From assembly GCA_049423145.1 (NCBI GenBank), contig JBMSQF010000001.1, positions 27,171 through 91,170 on the forward strand: a stretch of DNA of 64,000 nt, read 5' to 3'. Below, one piece after another: positions 1 through 10,804 of the stretch. Under the pieces are notes generated by a model. That model made no database searches. It saw only the letters and a program-made list of their open reading frames with translations, and had not been told where the DNA came from. Position numbers and translations under genes: made by a program. Source of the stretch: Burkholderiaceae bacterium. GTDB taxonomy: Bacteria > Pseudomonadota > Gammaproteobacteria > Burkholderiales > Burkholderiaceae_C. Position 1 is the stretch's first letter; each line of letters begins with the position of its first letter.

Positions 1-1161
1 CTCGTGCCCCAGGCGGATCTGGCGGTCAGTGCGCAGCGCCGCAGCGCCTCACCGCCCTTTCCCGCCGGTGAATTGGCGCAGGGGGGGCTGCAGCTGAGTT
101 GGGAATGGGACGTCTTCGGTGGCCTGCGGGCACAACGCCAGTCCGCGCAGTGGCGCCTGCAGTCCGCCGATGCCGCCTGGCATGACGCCCGGGTGTCGCT
201 GGCTGCCGATGTGGCCCTGCAGGTGCTGTCCTGGCGGCACTGCGAGGCCACGCGGAGGCTGCTCGAGCGCGACGCCGAGGCGGCCGGCCGCAGTGCGCAA
301 ACGATGCGACGTTTGGCCGACGCGGGGCTGCAGGCGCCGGAGCAGGCGGCCGCGGCGGAGGCGGGTGCGGCCCAGTCGCGCAACCGTGCACGCGCGCAGA
401 CGCAGCGCTGCGATGCCGATGTGAAGGCCCTTGTGCAATACACCGCCTGGACCGAGCCCCAGGTCCGCGAGCGGCTGGCGGCGATGGTGGCTGTCGAGGC
501 GGCTGGGCCCGAGGACGGTGTGGACCTGCTGGCGCGTCCCTTGCGCCACGTGCCGGCCTTGCCTGCGGCTACGCTGGCCCAGCGGCCCGATGTGTTCATG
601 GCCGCGGCCGCCGTGGCCGCGGCTGCAGCCGATGTGGGTACGCAGGAGGCCCAGCGCTTCCCGCGGGTGGGCTTGACCGGCAGCATCGGCCGACTGGACA
701 GCCAGACCGCAGCGGGCCGTGTGTCCCTGGACACCTGGTCGGTGGGCCCCTTGAGCATCAGCCTGCCGGTGTTTGATGCCGGCCGCCGCGCCGCCCAGGT
801 GGAGGCAGCCCGCGCCCGTTACGACGATGCGGTTCGGCAACATGCGGCCGTGGTGCGCCGTGCCGTTCGGGAAGTCGAAGACGCCCTGCTGGGCTTGGAC
901 ACCTCGGCCCGCCAGGCCCGCGACGCTCGGCTCGCCCTGGACAGCGCCCGTTCCGTCCTGAACGCCGTGCGGCAGCGACAGGCCCGCGGCCTGGCTTCGA
1001 CCTTGCAAGCGGACGAGGCCTTGCGCTCGGCCCTGAGCGCGGAGGCGGCCTGGCTGGATTTGCAGCGCAGTCGGCTTGCGGCCTGGGTGAGCCTGTACCG
1101 CGCCGCGGGTGGGGGCTGGAGCCCCGACGCCCAAGTCTCACTGAACCACTCTGCGCCATGA
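1..1161 (+). CDS. RND efflux outer-membrane factor (NodT/OprM type), 5' end outside the window
   Basis: Frame-1 reading frame is open from base 1 (track ORF 4..1161). It has TolC-like Ala/Arg/Gln-rich helical repeats and a C-terminal 'AWVSLYRAAGGGW' typical of NodT-family OMFs. Its TGA overlaps the next ATG (1158-1161). Confidence 0.8.
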   Translation, partial: LVPQADLAVSAQRRSASPPFPAGELAQGGLQLSWEWDVFGGLRAQRQSAQWRLQSADAAWHDARVSLAADVALQVLSWRHCEATRRLLERDAEAAGRSAQTMRRLADAGLQAPEQAAAAEAGAAQSRNRARAQTQRCDADVKALVQYTAWTEPQVRERLAAMVAVEAAGPEDGVDLLARPLRHVPALPAATLAQRPDVFMAAAAVAAAAADVGTQEAQRFPRVGLTGSIGRLDSQTAAGRVSLDTWSVGPLSISLPVFDAGRRAAQVEAARARYDDAVRQHAAVVRRAVREVEDALLGLDTSARQARDARLALDSARSVLNAVRQRQARGLASTLQADEALRSALSAEAAWLDLQRSRLAAWVSLYRAAGGGWSPDAQVSLNHSAP

Positions 1162-2303
1162 ACCGAATCGACATGCACCCCATCACGGTTATCCCTTCCC
1201 ATGCGGGGCGCTGCCAGCGCCCCTGGGCTCGAGCGGCCGCCCTGGCGACCGCACTCACCTTCTTCGCCGCGGCGTCCGTGGCGGCGCAGTCGGCAGGGGC
1301 CTCGGGCGCCAAGGCCGCGCTCACCGTTCACGCGGTGAAGCCCCAACCCGGCCAGTGGACGAGCACCCTGGCGGTCAACGGCAGCATCGCCGCCTGGAGT
1401 GACGCCGTGATCGGCAGCCCCATCAACGGCTTGCGGGTGGTGGAACTCCTGGCCCAGGTGGGCGACTCGGTCGTGGCCGGCCAACTGCTGGCCCGCTTCG
1501 ACGATGCGCCGGTGCAGCAGGACCTGGCGCAGGCCCGCGCGGCCCTGAAGGAAGCCCAGGCCCAGTTGCAGGAGGCTGCGGCCAATGCCCAGCGCGCCAG
1601 GGGCTTGAGTGGAACCGGCGCGCTGAGTGCGCAGCAGCAGGGTCAGTTCGAGATGGCCGAGGCCGTCGGGCGGGCGCGGGTGGCCACGGCTGAGGCGGCT
1701 GTGGCCGCGCAGGAGTGGCGACTGCAGAACACACGCGTCGTGGCGCCGGATGCGGGACTGGTGAGCGCCCGCACGGCCACCCTCGGGGCGGTGCCGGGTG
1801 TGGGGCAGGAACTCTTCCGACTGATTCGTCAGGGCCGACTGGAATGGCGCGCTGAAGTACCCGCCGCGGAGCTGTCGCGTGTGAAGCTGGGTACGGCTGC
1901 GCGCCTGACCACGCCCTCGGGCGCCGTCGTGCAGGGCACGGTGCGCCGCATTTCGCCGCAGGTGGACCCGCAGACGCGCAATGCCCTGGTGTATGTGGAT
2001 CTGAAGGCGCCGGAGGGCAGCGACGCGCGCGCGGGCATGTTCGTCCGTGGCGAATTGCGGTTCGATGTGCGGCGTGCGCTCACGCTGCCAGCGTCGGCGG
2101 TGTTGCTGCGCGAGGGCTTTGATGTGGTGCTGGTCATCGATGCGCAGCAGCGCGTCCGCCAGACCAAGGTTCGGGTACTCGCCCGCGAGGGCGATCAGGT
2201 GGCGGTCGAAGGCCTGGACGACAAGGCGCGCGTGGTGGCCCGTGGGGGCGCCTTCCTGGGTGAGGGTGATCCGGTGCGCGTGCTGGAGGCGCCCGCCCCA
2301 TGA
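1158..2303 (+). CDS. Efflux RND periplasmic adaptor (MFP/HlyD family)
   Basis: N-terminal signal/anchor 'ALATALTFFAAASVAAQS'. Coiled-coil hairpin 'LAQARAALKEAQAQLQEAAANAQRA'. Position between the OMF and the RND pump. ATGA overlaps at both ends. Confidence 0.85.
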   Translation: MNRIDMHPITVIPSHAGRCQRPWARAAALATALTFFAAASVAAQSAGASGAKAALTVHAVKPQPGQWTSTLAVNGSIAAWSDAVIGSPINGLRVVELLAQVGDSVVAGQLLARFDDAPVQQDLAQARAALKEAQAQLQEAAANAQRARGLSGTGALSAQQQGQFEMAEAVGRARVATAEAAVAAQEWRLQNTRVVAPDAGLVSARTATLGAVPGVGQELFRLIRQGRLEWRAEVPAAELSRVKLGTAARLTTPSGAVVQGTVRRISPQVDPQTRNALVYVDLKAPEGSDARAGMFVRGELRFDVRRALTLPASAVLLREGFDVVLVIDAQQRVRQTKVRVLAREGDQVAVEGLDDKARVVARGGAFLGEGDPVRVLEAPAP

Positions 2304-5300
2304 ACGTTTCCGCCTGGTCCATCCGGAACCCGATTCCGTCCATCATGCTCTTCGTCCTGCTCACGCTGGCCGGCGCGATGAGCTTCAAGGCCATGAAGAT
2401 CCAGAACTTCCCGGATCTGGAGCTGCCCACGGTCGTGGTCACCGCCGCCTTGCCCGGCGCGTCTCCGGCGCAGCTGGAGACCGAGGTGGTGCGAAAGGTC
2501 GAGAATTCGATCGCCTCGGTGCAAGGCCTCAAGCACCTGTACGCCAAGATCCAGGATGGCACGGCCACCATCACGGCCGAATTCCGCCTGGAGAAGGATT
2601 CCCAGGAGGCCCTGGATGAAGTGCGCGATGCGGTCAACCGTGTGCGTTCAGACCTCCCGGGCGACCTGCGCGATCCGCAGATCAGCAAGCTCAACGTGGC
2701 CGGCGCGCCGGTGTTGAGTTACTCGATCGCCAGTGCCCAGCTCGATGACGAGGGTCTGAGCTGGTTTGTCGACAACGAGGTGAGCAAGGCGCTTTTGGGT
2801 GTCCGTGGCGTGGGCGGCGTGGCCCGCGTGGGCGGTGTCAGCCGTGAAGTGCAGGTGGCCTTGGACCCGGCCCGCATGCTGGCCCTGGGTGTGACGGCAT
2901 CGGACATTTCTCGCCGCCTGCGAGCGGTTCAGCAGGAGTCCTCCGGCGGCCGCACCGAGTGGGCGGGCGGCGAACAGGCGGTCCGCACACTGGCCACGGT
3001 CCAGTCCGCTGCTCAGTTGGCATCACTGGACATCGCCTTGAGTGACGGCCGGCGTGTGATGCTGTCGCAGGTTGCCACGGTGCGTGACACCGTGGCCGAG
3101 CAGCGCAGCGCCGCCCTGCTCAATGGCAAGCCCGTCGTGGGCTTTGAGGTCACCCGCAGCCGCGGTGCATCGGAGGTGGAGGTGCGCGCAGGCGTGCAGA
3201 CGGCTCTCGCCCGGCTTCAGCAGACGCGCCCGGATGTCCAGATCAACCAGGTCTTCAACTTCGTGGACCAGGTGCAGCAGAACTACGAAGGTTCGCTGAC
3301 CTTGCTGTATGAGGGCGCGATCCTGGCGGTGATCGTGGTGTGGTTCTTTCTGCGCGATTGGCGCGCCACCTTCGTGGCGGCCACGGCCCTGCCCCTGAGC
3401 GTCATCCCGGCCTTCCTGGGCATGTGGGCACTGGGCTTTTCCATCAACGTGGTGACGCTGCTGAGCCTGTCCCTGGTGGTGGGGATCCTGGTGGATGACG
3501 CCATCGTGGAGATCGAGAACATCGTGCGCCACCTGCGCATGGGCAAGAGCCCCTACCAGGCCGCGATGGAGGCGGCCGACGAGATCGGCTTGGCGGTGAT
3601 CGCCACCACCTTCACCCTGATTGCGGTGTTCCTGCCCACGGCCTTCATGGCCGGCATCGCGGGCAAGTTCTTCAAGCAATTCGGCTGGACGGCTGCATTG
3701 GCGGTCTTCGCCTCGCTGGTGGTGGCGCGCGTCCTCACGCCCATGATGGCGGCCTACCTGCTCAAGCCGCTTGTCGCGACGGGCGAGCCACCCGACGGAC
3801 CGATCATGAGCCGCTACATGTCGGCGGCGGCCTGGTGTGTGCGCCATCGTTGGATCACGTCCATGGGCGCAGGGGCCTTCTTTGTGGGATCGATCGCGCT
3901 CATTCCGTTACTGCCCACCGGCTTCATCCCCGCCGATGACTATGGGCAGACGCAGGTGAGCATCGAATTGCCGCCGGGCAGCACGCTCCAGGACACCCTG
4001 CGCTCGGCCGAGCAGGCGCGTGCCTTGTTGGATGGGCAGCCGCATGTGCGGCAGGTGTTCACCGCCATCGGCAGCGGCGCGGCTGGCAGCGACCCCTTCA
4101 TGCCCGGGGGTGCGCCCGAGGCGCGCAAGGCCACGCTCACCCTCACGCTCACTCCGCGCCAGGAGCGACCCGGCCTGCGCAAGCAGGTCATCGAGGCCGA
4201 TATCCGACAGCGCATGCAGCACTTGCCCGGTGCGCGGGTCAAGGTTGGCGTGGCCGGTGCCCCGGGCGAAAAGTACATCATGGTGTTGGCCGGCGACGAT
4301 GGAACGGCCCTGGTGGAAGCGGCCAACAACGTGGCGCGTGAAATGCGGGACATTCCGGGCATCGGCAATGTCAGCTCCTCGGCCAGCCTGGTCCGGCCTG
4401 AAATCGTCATCCGGCCGAACTTCACGGCTGCGGCCGATGCCGGGGTCACGGCCGAGCAACTGGCCGACACGCTGCGCATGGCCACGGTGGGCGACTTCGA
4501 CCGCGGTCTGCCCAAGCTGAACCTGCCCCAGCGACAGGTGCCCATCATGGTGCGGCTGCCCGCCCCGGCGCGTCAGGACCCCACCTTGCTGGCGCAGCTG
4601 CCGATTGCCACACCGCGTGGCCCGGTGCAGTTGGGTTCGGTGGCGCACATCAGTCTGGAGAGCGGGCCCGCCCAGATCAACCGATTCGACCGCCGGCGCA
4701 ACGTCAACCTCGAGGTCGAGCTCAACAACCAGCCGCTCGGAGAAGTGTCGGCGGCTGCCGAAAGCCTGCCCAGCGTGCTGTCCCTGCCGGCGGGCGTGAA
4801 CCAGTCGAAGTTCGGTGATGCCGAGGTGATGGCCGAGTTGTTCGAGAGCTTCGGCCTGGCCATGCTCACCGGGGTGTTGTGCATCTACATGGTCTTGGTG
4901 TTGCTGTTCGGCGGCTTCATGCAGCCGGTCACGATCCTGGCCGCCTTGCCGCTGTCGCTGGGCGGCGCCTTCGTGGCCCTGCTGGCCACCAAGAGCGCCT
5001 TCTCCATGCCGTCCCTGATCGGCCTGATCATGCTGATGGGCATTGCGACGAAGAACTCCATCCTGCTGGTGGACTACGCCATCATCGCCATGCGCCAGGG
5101 TATGAACCGATGGGATGCGCTGATGGACGCCTGCCACAAGCGCGCGCGCCCCATCGTGATGACCACCATTGCCATGGGCGCGGGCATGATGCCCATCGCG
5201 TTGGGCTGGGGGGCCGACCCCAGTTTCCGCCAGCCGATGGCGGTGGCCGTGATCGGCGGGCTGATCACCTCCACATTCCTGAGCCTGCTGGTGATCCCGG

Positions 5301-5389
5301 TGGTGTTCACCTTCATCGACGACCTGGCCCGGTGGGCGGCCCGTCGGGTGCGCCGTTTCCGGGGCGAAGTGGCATCATCCCCCACATGA
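2300..5389 (+). CDS. Efflux RND transporter permease (AcrB/HAE1-like), 1029 aa
   Basis: N-terminus 'MNVSAWSIRNPIPSIMLFVLLTLAG' and length fit a 12-TM RND pump. Conserved 'VGILVDDAIVEIENI' TM4 proton-relay motif. Confidence 0.95.
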   Translation: MNVSAWSIRNPIPSIMLFVLLTLAGAMSFKAMKIQNFPDLELPTVVVTAALPGASPAQLETEVVRKVENSIASVQGLKHLYAKIQDGTATITAEFRLEKDSQEALDEVRDAVNRVRSDLPGDLRDPQISKLNVAGAPVLSYSIASAQLDDEGLSWFVDNEVSKALLGVRGVGGVARVGGVSREVQVALDPARMLALGVTASDISRRLRAVQQESSGGRTEWAGGEQAVRTLATVQSAAQLASLDIALSDGRRVMLSQVATVRDTVAEQRSAALLNGKPVVGFEVTRSRGASEVEVRAGVQTALARLQQTRPDVQINQVFNFVDQVQQNYEGSLTLLYEGAILAVIVVWFFLRDWRATFVAATALPLSVIPAFLGMWALGFSINVVTLLSLSLVVGILVDDAIVEIENIVRHLRMGKSPYQAAMEAADEIGLAVIATTFTLIAVFLPTAFMAGIAGKFFKQFGWTAALAVFASLVVARVLTPMMAAYLLKPLVATGEPPDGPIMSRYMSAAAWCVRHRWITSMGAGAFFVGSIALIPLLPTGFIPADDYGQTQVSIELPPGSTLQDTLRSAEQARALLDGQPHVRQVFTAIGSGAAGSDPFMPGGAPEARKATLTLTLTPRQERPGLRKQVIEADIRQRMQHLPGARVKVGVAGAPGEKYIMVLAGDDGTALVEAANNVAREMRDIPGIGNVSSSASLVRPEIVIRPNFTAAADAGVTAEQLADTLRMATVGDFDRGLPKLNLPQRQVPIMVRLPAPARQDPTLLAQLPIATPRGPVQLGSVAHISLESGPAQINRFDRRRNVNLEVELNNQPLGEVSAAAESLPSVLSLPAGVNQSKFGDAEVMAELFESFGLAMLTGVLCIYMVLVLLFGGFMQPVTILAALPLSLGGAFVALLATKSAFSMPSLIGLIMLMGIATKNSILLVDYAIIAMRQGMNRWDALMDACHKRARPIVMTTIAMGAGMMPIALGWGADPSFRQPMAVAVIGGLITSTFLSLLVIPVVFTFIDDLARWAARRVRRFRGEVASSPT

Positions 5390-6918
5390 TGAATCGCCGG
5401 CATTGTTTGGCTCGGGCCCTGGCCTTGATGGGCCTTCCAGCCTCGGCCACGGTAGGACTGGGCGGCTGCGCCAGCCCCGGTCCTTCCGACCACGGTGCGG
5501 TGTTCGCAGCGGCCGACATCGCCACTGCGCGCCGCCTCATCGAGGAAGCCCGGTCCTCGGGCGAGGCATGGCGACTGGCCCGTGAACTGGCGGTGGACAT
5601 CGGTGCCCGGCCTGCCGGATCGGCTGGGGACCGCCGTGCCGTGGCTTGGGCCCAGCAGGCCCTGCGCGGCCTGGGATTGCAGAAGGTGCGGACCCAGGCC
5701 ATCGACCTGAACATCTGGCAGCGGGGCCGGGGCTCGGCGCGCTTGCACATCGATGGCCATTCGGCCATCCCCGGACCGCGTGACCTCGTGATGGCCGCGC
5801 TGGGCAACAGCATCTCCACTCCGATCGAAGGCCTGGAGGCCGAGGTGGCCTGGTACCCGACCCTGGCGGCCTTGATGGAGGAACCGGCCGATCCCTCGCG
5901 CGGTCGAGCGGCCGGCCGCATCGTCTTCATCGATCAGAGGACCGAGCGCACCCGCGACGGCAGTGGTTATGGCCGCTCGGTGGGCGCACGGCTGAACGGA
6001 CCCGTGGAGGCCGCGCGGCGCGGCGCGATCGCTTTCGGCTTGCGCTCGGTGGGCACCTCGGGCGGTGCGTTACCCGAGGGCGCGCCCACCAATGCCCAGC
6101 GCGATGCCCAGCGCATCGCCCACACCGGCGCTACCCGCTACGACCTCCGGGTGCAACCGATCCCGGCGTTTGCGGTGTCCATGGCCGATGCGGACGTGAT
6201 GGCTCAGGCCGCGGCACAGGGCCGCGCGATGCGCCTGCGCCTGCAGATGGACAACCGCAGCGGTGTGCCGGCGGTCACGCACAACGTGATGGGCGAAATT
6301 CCCGGCACCGACCTGGCCCACGAGGTGGTGCTGATCGGCGCCCACCTGGACTCCTGGGACCTGGGGCAGGGCGCGGTGGACGATGGTGCGGGCGTGGCCA
6401 TCGTCAGCGCGGCTGCCGGCCTGATCGCCCAGCACGCGCGCGAGGGCCGCAGCCCACGGCGCACCGTTCGCGTGGTGCTGTTTGCCAATGAGGAAAACGG
6501 CTTCGATGGGGCGATCGCGTATGGCAAGGCCTATTCCCGGGTTCCTCACCAGGTCGTGGCGGAGAGCGACTTCGGTGGCGGTCGCATCTATCGCCTGTCG
6601 AGCCGGGTCCAGCCGGCCGCGTTGCCGCTGTTTGCGCAGATGGCCGAACTGCTCAAGCCCCTGGGCCTGGAGCTCGGCGACAACCAAGGAAACCCCGGTC
6701 CCGATGCCGCCTTCCTGATGCGCAACCACCAGTGGCCGGGCCTGCAGCTCAGTCAAGACGGCACGCGCTACTTCGATGTGCACCACACCGAACGCGACAC
6801 CATCGACCAACTGGATGCGGCGGATCTGCAGCAGAACGTGGCCTGCTGGGCCACGGTGGCGTGGCTCAGCGCCCAGGCACCCGTGGGCTTTGCACCCTTG
6901 CCGGCCTTGCGCCGGTAA
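5386..6918 (+). CDS. M28 family metallopeptidase, predicted lipoprotein (with PA-like insert)
   Basis: Internal ATG of track ORF 4879..6918, in frame. Lipobox 'TVGLGGC'. M28 zinc-ligand blocks 'GAHLDSWDLGQGAVDDGAG' and 'FANEENG'. ATG overlaps the RND stop (ATGA 5386-5389). Confidence 0.8.
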   Translation: MMNRRHCLARALALMGLPASATVGLGGCASPGPSDHGAVFAAADIATARRLIEEARSSGEAWRLARELAVDIGARPAGSAGDRRAVAWAQQALRGLGLQKVRTQAIDLNIWQRGRGSARLHIDGHSAIPGPRDLVMAALGNSISTPIEGLEAEVAWYPTLAALMEEPADPSRGRAAGRIVFIDQRTERTRDGSGYGRSVGARLNGPVEAARRGAIAFGLRSVGTSGGALPEGAPTNAQRDAQRIAHTGATRYDLRVQPIPAFAVSMADADVMAQAAAQGRAMRLRLQMDNRSGVPAVTHNVMGEIPGTDLAHEVVLIGAHLDSWDLGQGAVDDGAGVAIVSAAAGLIAQHAREGRSPRRTVRVVLFANEENGFDGAIAYGKAYSRVPHQVVAESDFGGGRIYRLSSRVQPAALPLFAQMAELLKPLGLELGDNQGNPGPDAAFLMRNHQWPGLQLSQDGTRYFDVHHTERDTIDQLDAADLQQNVACWATVAWLSAQAPVGFAPLPALRR

Positions 6919-6982
6919 ACCGCGATCGGCGCGGCCCTCTTGGGGTTGGGCGCGCTTGGGCCCCTGCGCCGCAGACCGATCC

Positions 6983-7462
6983 TCAGCGACCGCGCGCGTA
7001 GCCCTCAGCGGCCGCCTGCTCCAGCCCGGTGGTGTCGATGCCGCGGTCCCGCAAGGCCTGCCGAACCAGGGCAACATAGGCATCCACCGGCCGGATCAGG
7101 TCCAGGCCCGTTCCCGCGGCGGCCACATAGGTCACCACTTCATGCGCCTGACCCAGCGCGCAAACGACCGACACGGTGCGCCGCTCGTACAGGGTGGGCA
7201 CCGCCTCCTTGGCGTCCAGCGCACGCCAGGCCGCCTCATCGACCTCGTACAGACCACCCCACGCAAGGGCTCCGGGCCGCTCGCGGACATTGAGCACGCC
7301 ACCGCCGCGGCTCGGCGAACGGATGCTGAACTCCAGGGCCCAGCCTTCCAGCCGCGCGGGCCGCAGGTATCGCAGGCCGGCCCCTTCGTGCCCGCGCGCA
7401 GCGCACCAGCGCAGCCAGTCCGGTGCGCTGAGGTTTGAACCGTAGGCGAAGTACAGGCTCAT
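6983..7462 (-). CDS. Gamma-glutamylcyclotransferase-like (AIG2/GGACT family) protein
   Basis: N-terminal 'LYFAYGSNL' motif and about 160 aa size typical of the GGCT fold. Confidence 0.7.
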   Translation of the reverse strand: MSLYFAYGSNLSAPDWLRWCAARGHEGAGLRYLRPARLEGWALEFSIRSPSRGGGVLNVRERPGALAWGGLYEVDEAAWRALDAKEAVPTLYERRTVSVVCALGQAHEVVTYVAAAGTGLDLIRPVDAYVALVRQALRDRGIDTTGLEQAAAEGYARGR

Positions 7463-7524
7463 GATGGCGTGGCCAATGCCGCGGGGAACTCGGGAACCGG
7501 CGCAGGTGCTTGGGGCGTTGCGCT

Positions 7525-8706
7525 TCAGTTGGCGAAGGCCGCAATCCCGGTGATGGCGCGCCCCAGGATGAGGGCATGCACATCATGCGTACCCTCGTAG
7601 GTGTTGACCACCTCCAGGTTCACCAGGTGGCGGGCCACACCGTATTCGTCGCTGATGCCGTTGCCGCCCATCATGTCGCGGGCGGCGCGCGCAATGTCCA
7701 GTGCCTTGCCGCAGGAGTTGCGCTTGAGGATGGAGGTGGCCTCGATGGACGCCTGTCCGGCATCCTTCAGGCGTCCCAGCTGCACGCAGCCCAGCAGACC
7801 GAGGCTGATCTCGCTGCACATGTCGGCCAGCTTCTTTTGGATGAGCTGGTTGGCCGCCAAGGGGCGGCCAAACTGCTGGCGGTCCATCACGTACTGGCGC
7901 GCGCGGGTGTAGCAGTCTTCGGCCGCGCCCAGTGCGCCCCAGGCGATGCCGTAGCGCGCGCTGTTCAGGCAGGTGAAGGGGCCCTTCAAGCCACGCACCT
8001 CCGGGAAGGCGTTTTCCTCGGGCACGAAGACCTCGTCCATCACGATCTCGCCGGTGACCGAGGTGCGCAGCCCGACCTTGCCGCTGACCTTGGGCGCACT
8101 CAGGCCCTTCCAACCTTTTTCCAGGATGAAGCCGCGGATCTGCCCGCCATCGTCCTTGGCCCAGACCACGAACACATCGGCGATGGGGCTGTTGGTGATC
8201 CACATCTTGGATCCCGTGAGTGAGTACCCACCATCAACCTTGCGCGCACGGGTGATCATGCTGCCGGGGTCGGAGCCGTGGTTCGGTTCCGTGAGCCCAA
8301 AGCAGCCGATCCACTCGCCGCGGGCCAACTTGGGCAGGTACTTCTGCTTCTGCGCCTCGGTACCGAATTCGTTGATGGGCACCATCACCAGGGACGACTG
8401 CACGCTCATCATGGAGCGGTAGCCCGAATCCACGCGCTCCACCTCGCGTGCCACCAGTCCGTAGCAGACATAGTTCAGCCCAGCGCCGCCGTAGGACTCA
8501 CCGATGGTCGGGCCCAGCAGGCCCAATTCACCCATCTCGCGAAAGATGGAGGCGTCGGTTTCTTCATTCCGAAACGACAGCTGCGCACGCGGCAGCAGGC
8601 GCTCCTGGCAGTAGGCATGTGCCGCATCGCGCACCTGGCGTTCGTCGTCGGAGAGCAGGGCGTCCAGGTTCAGGGGGTCGGACCAGGAGAAGCGGGCGGC
8701 GGGCAT
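7525..8706 (-). CDS. gcdH: Glutaryl-CoA dehydrogenase
   Basis: In-frame ATG ('[24 protein letters not shown]') inside track ORF 7525..9540. Acyl-CoA dehydrogenase blocks '[14 protein letters not shown]' and '[18 protein letters not shown]' are characteristic of GcdH. Confidence 0.9.
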   Translation of the reverse strand: MPAARFSWSDPLNLDALLSDDERQVRDAAHAYCQERLLPRAQLSFRNEETDASIFREMGELGLLGPTIGESYGGAGLNYVCYGLVAREVERVDSGYRSMMSVQSSLVMVPINEFGTEAQKQKYLPKLARGEWIGCFGLTEPNHGSDPGSMITRARKVDGGYSLTGSKMWITNSPIADVFVVWAKDDGGQIRGFILEKGWKGLSAPKVSGKVGLRTSVTGEIVMDEVFVPEENAFPEVRGLKGPFTCLNSARYGIAWGALGAAEDCYTRARQYVMDRQQFGRPLAANQLIQKKLADMCSEISLGLLGCVQLGRLKDAGQASIEATSILKRNSCGKALDIARAARDMMGGNGISDEYGVARHLVNLEVVNTYEGTHDVHALILGRAITGIAAFAN

Positions 8707-8783
8707 GGGGTACCTCGGTTCGTCAAGCCATCGGGCATGGTGTTCAGGCCGTATCGTAGTGCCAGTGGGGCACCGACCGGAGT

Positions 8784-9233
8784 TCAACGGTAATGGCGCG
8801 AAACGGACTCGGCCACGCACACCGGTTTGGCGGACCCCTCGCGCTCGATCGTGACCTCGCTGAGCACCTGCCAGCCACCATCGATGGCTTCGCAGCCCAG
8901 CAGCTTGAAGTGCGCACGGAGCCGGCTGCCCACCGGCACCGGCGCGGGAAAGCGGACCCGGTTCAGGCCGTAGTTCACGCCCATGCGCACCCCCTCCAGC
9001 CGCCAGGTGCGCTGCAGGAACATGGGCAGCAGACTGAGCGTGAGGTGGCCATGCGCCACGGTGGTTCCGAAGGGACCCCGCGCCGCACGCTCGGCATCGA
9101 CATGGATCCACTGCTGATCCAGCGTGACATCGGCGAAGCGGTCGATGCGGTCCTGGTCCACGGTGAACCAGTCGCTGGTGCCCAGGGTCTGGCCGATGCG
9201 CGCAGGCAAGTCGTCGAAGGGGATGAGTTGCAT
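8784..9233 (-). CDS. MaoC-like (R)-specific enoyl-CoA hydratase/dehydratase
   Basis: Hot-dog fold motifs '[12 protein letters not shown]...[13 protein letters not shown]'. Start placed at the ATG 8 nt downstream of the ligase stop. Confidence 0.8.
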   Translation of the reverse strand: MQLIPFDDLPARIGQTLGTSDWFTVDQDRIDRFADVTLDQQWIHVDAERAARGPFGTTVAHGHLTLSLLPMFLQRTWRLEGVRMGVNYGLNRVRFPAPVPVGSRLRAHFKLLGCEAIDGGWQVLSEVTIEREGSAKPVCVAESVSRHYR

Positions 9234-9241
9234 GGGGGGTT

Positions 9242-10783
9242 TCAGGCCACTGGACGTGACCAACGGTCGCGCAATTCTCGCTTGAGTACCTTGCCGATGG
9301 CGCTGCGCGGCAGTTCATCCGTGAAAGCCAGCCCCGCCAGGCGCTGCGTCTTCGCGCAGCGGACATTGAACCAGTCGAGGAGGTCCCCTTCGGTGACCTC
9401 AGCGGCCTTGGGCACCACCCAGGCCACGGGCGTTTCACCCCAGCGGCGCGAGGGCACGCCCACGACCGCCACATCGGCCACCGCAGGGTGCTGCCGCAGC
9501 AGCGCCTCCAGGTCGCTGGGGTAGAGGTTGAAGCCGCCACTGATGAGCATGTCCTTGCGGCGGTCCATCAGGATGAGGAAACCGTCCTCGTCGAAGCGAC
9601 CCACATCGCCGGTCCGGATGTAGCGCCGCCCCTGGTCGTCGAACCACTCGGCCGCGCGGGTGAGTTCGGGCCTGCCGTGGTAGCCGGTCATCATGCCCGC
9701 CGATCGCCCCACCACCTCGCCCATGCCCGAGACCTCGCGCCCCGCCTCGTCGATCAGGCGGATGTCGTGTCCGGGACCCGGCTGTCCCACCGTGTGCAGC
9801 TTTTGCGGGAAACGATGCGCCTCCAGGATGCAGGCACCGCCGCCTTCGGTCATGCCGTACACCTCGACCAGCCCCCCGGGCCAGCGGCGCAGCACCTCGG
9901 ACTTGAGTGCGGCGGAAAACGGCGCGCTGGTGCAGAACTTCATCTGAAAGGCCGACAGGTCGGTGCGGTCGAATGCGGGATGGTCCAGCAGCCGCTCGTA
10001 CTGGATGGGCACCAGCATCGTGTGGGTGATGCGCGCCTGCTGCGCCGTGGCCAGCCAGGCCGCGGCATCAAACCGCTTCATCAGGTGCACGCAGCCGCCC
10101 ATGCCCAAGGCCGGCGCGAAGGCCACCAGTGTGGTGTTGGAGTACAGCGGCGTGGACAGCAAGGTGCGCGAATCCGGCCGGTAACCGTAAGCCAGTCCGC
10201 GCCGGATGTGGGACCACCGCATGCCGTGGGACTGCACGATGCCCTTGGGCGTGCCCGTGGTGCCCGAAGAGTAGATGATGTTGAAGGGGTCTTCGGGTGA
10301 CGCCCGCCAGGTCCCAGGGGCCGTGCCGGCGGCGGGCATCCAATCCTGCAGGCCGCGGCCGCTGTCGATGCCCACGCAGGGGACTTCGGGTGGCGCCAAC
10401 GCTGCACCGGCCTCGTCCGCAAACAGAAGTCGGGCGCCGGCGTCGTGCAGCATCGCCGCGAAGGAGCCCGCGTCCAGCGATGAGGGAAGCGGCACCACCA
10501 CCGCCCCCGCGCGCAACACACCCACGAAGGCTGCGGCGGCCTCGATCGAATTGGCCGCGCACAGCGCCACGGCCTCGCCGGGCTGGATGCCTTGGCCTTG
10601 AAGGCCGGATGCGATGCGGTTGGCCACATCGTCAAGCTGCGCATAGGAAAGGTGCCGCTGTTCATCTGCAAGCGCCGGTGCCCTGGGCTGCAGCGCCGCA
10701 TGCGCACGCACGAGATCGCTGAGCGACGCAAAGGGCGAATCGGCCGACAGCGGCAGCCGTGGTGGGGCGGCGGTGGCGTCCAT
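9242..10783 (-). CDS. AMP-dependent acyl-CoA synthetase/ligase
   Basis: AMP-binding signature '[14 protein letters not shown]' and '[26 protein letters not shown]'. Substrate is not inferable. Confidence 0.9.
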   Translation of the reverse strand: MDATAAPPRLPLSADSPFASLSDLVRAHAALQPRAPALADEQRHLSYAQLDDVANRIASGLQGQGIQPGEAVALCAANSIEAAAAFVGVLRAGAVVVPLPSSLDAGSFAAMLHDAGARLLFADEAGAALAPPEVPCVGIDSGRGLQDWMPAAGTAPGTWRASPEDPFNIIYSSGTTGTPKGIVQSHGMRWSHIRRGLAYGYRPDSRTLLSTPLYSNTTLVAFAPALGMGGCVHLMKRFDAAAWLATAQQARITHTMLVPIQYERLLDHPAFDRTDLSAFQMKFCTSAPFSAALKSEVLRRWPGGLVEVYGMTEGGGACILEAHRFPQKLHTVGQPGPGHDIRLIDEAGREVSGMGEVVGRSAGMMTGYHGRPELTRAAEWFDDQGRRYIRTGDVGRFDEDGFLILMDRRKDMLISGGFNLYPSDLEALLRQHPAVADVAVVGVPSRRWGETPVAWVVPKAAEVTEGDLLDWFNVRCAKTQRLAGLAFTDELPRSAIGKVLKRELRDRWSRPVA

Positions 10784-10804
10784 CGTGTCGGCGGGTGCCG
10801 GTGC

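Noticed and set aside
4879-6918. A 679-aa version of the M28 peptidase, and the 427-aa version of the YheT hydrolase (24439..25722).
   Set aside because: The N-terminal extensions overlap well-supported upstream genes (the RND pump and the SnoaL-like protein) in another frame. The real proteins start at the lipoprotein signal (5386) and at the conserved hydrolase N-terminus (about 25410).
7525-9540. A 671-aa ORF that would fuse GcdH to a long N-terminal extension covering the MaoC gene and the ligase 3' end.
   Set aside because: The extension is in a different frame from the real MaoC and ligase proteins and has no motifs. The canonical GcdH N-terminus starts at the ATG at 8706.
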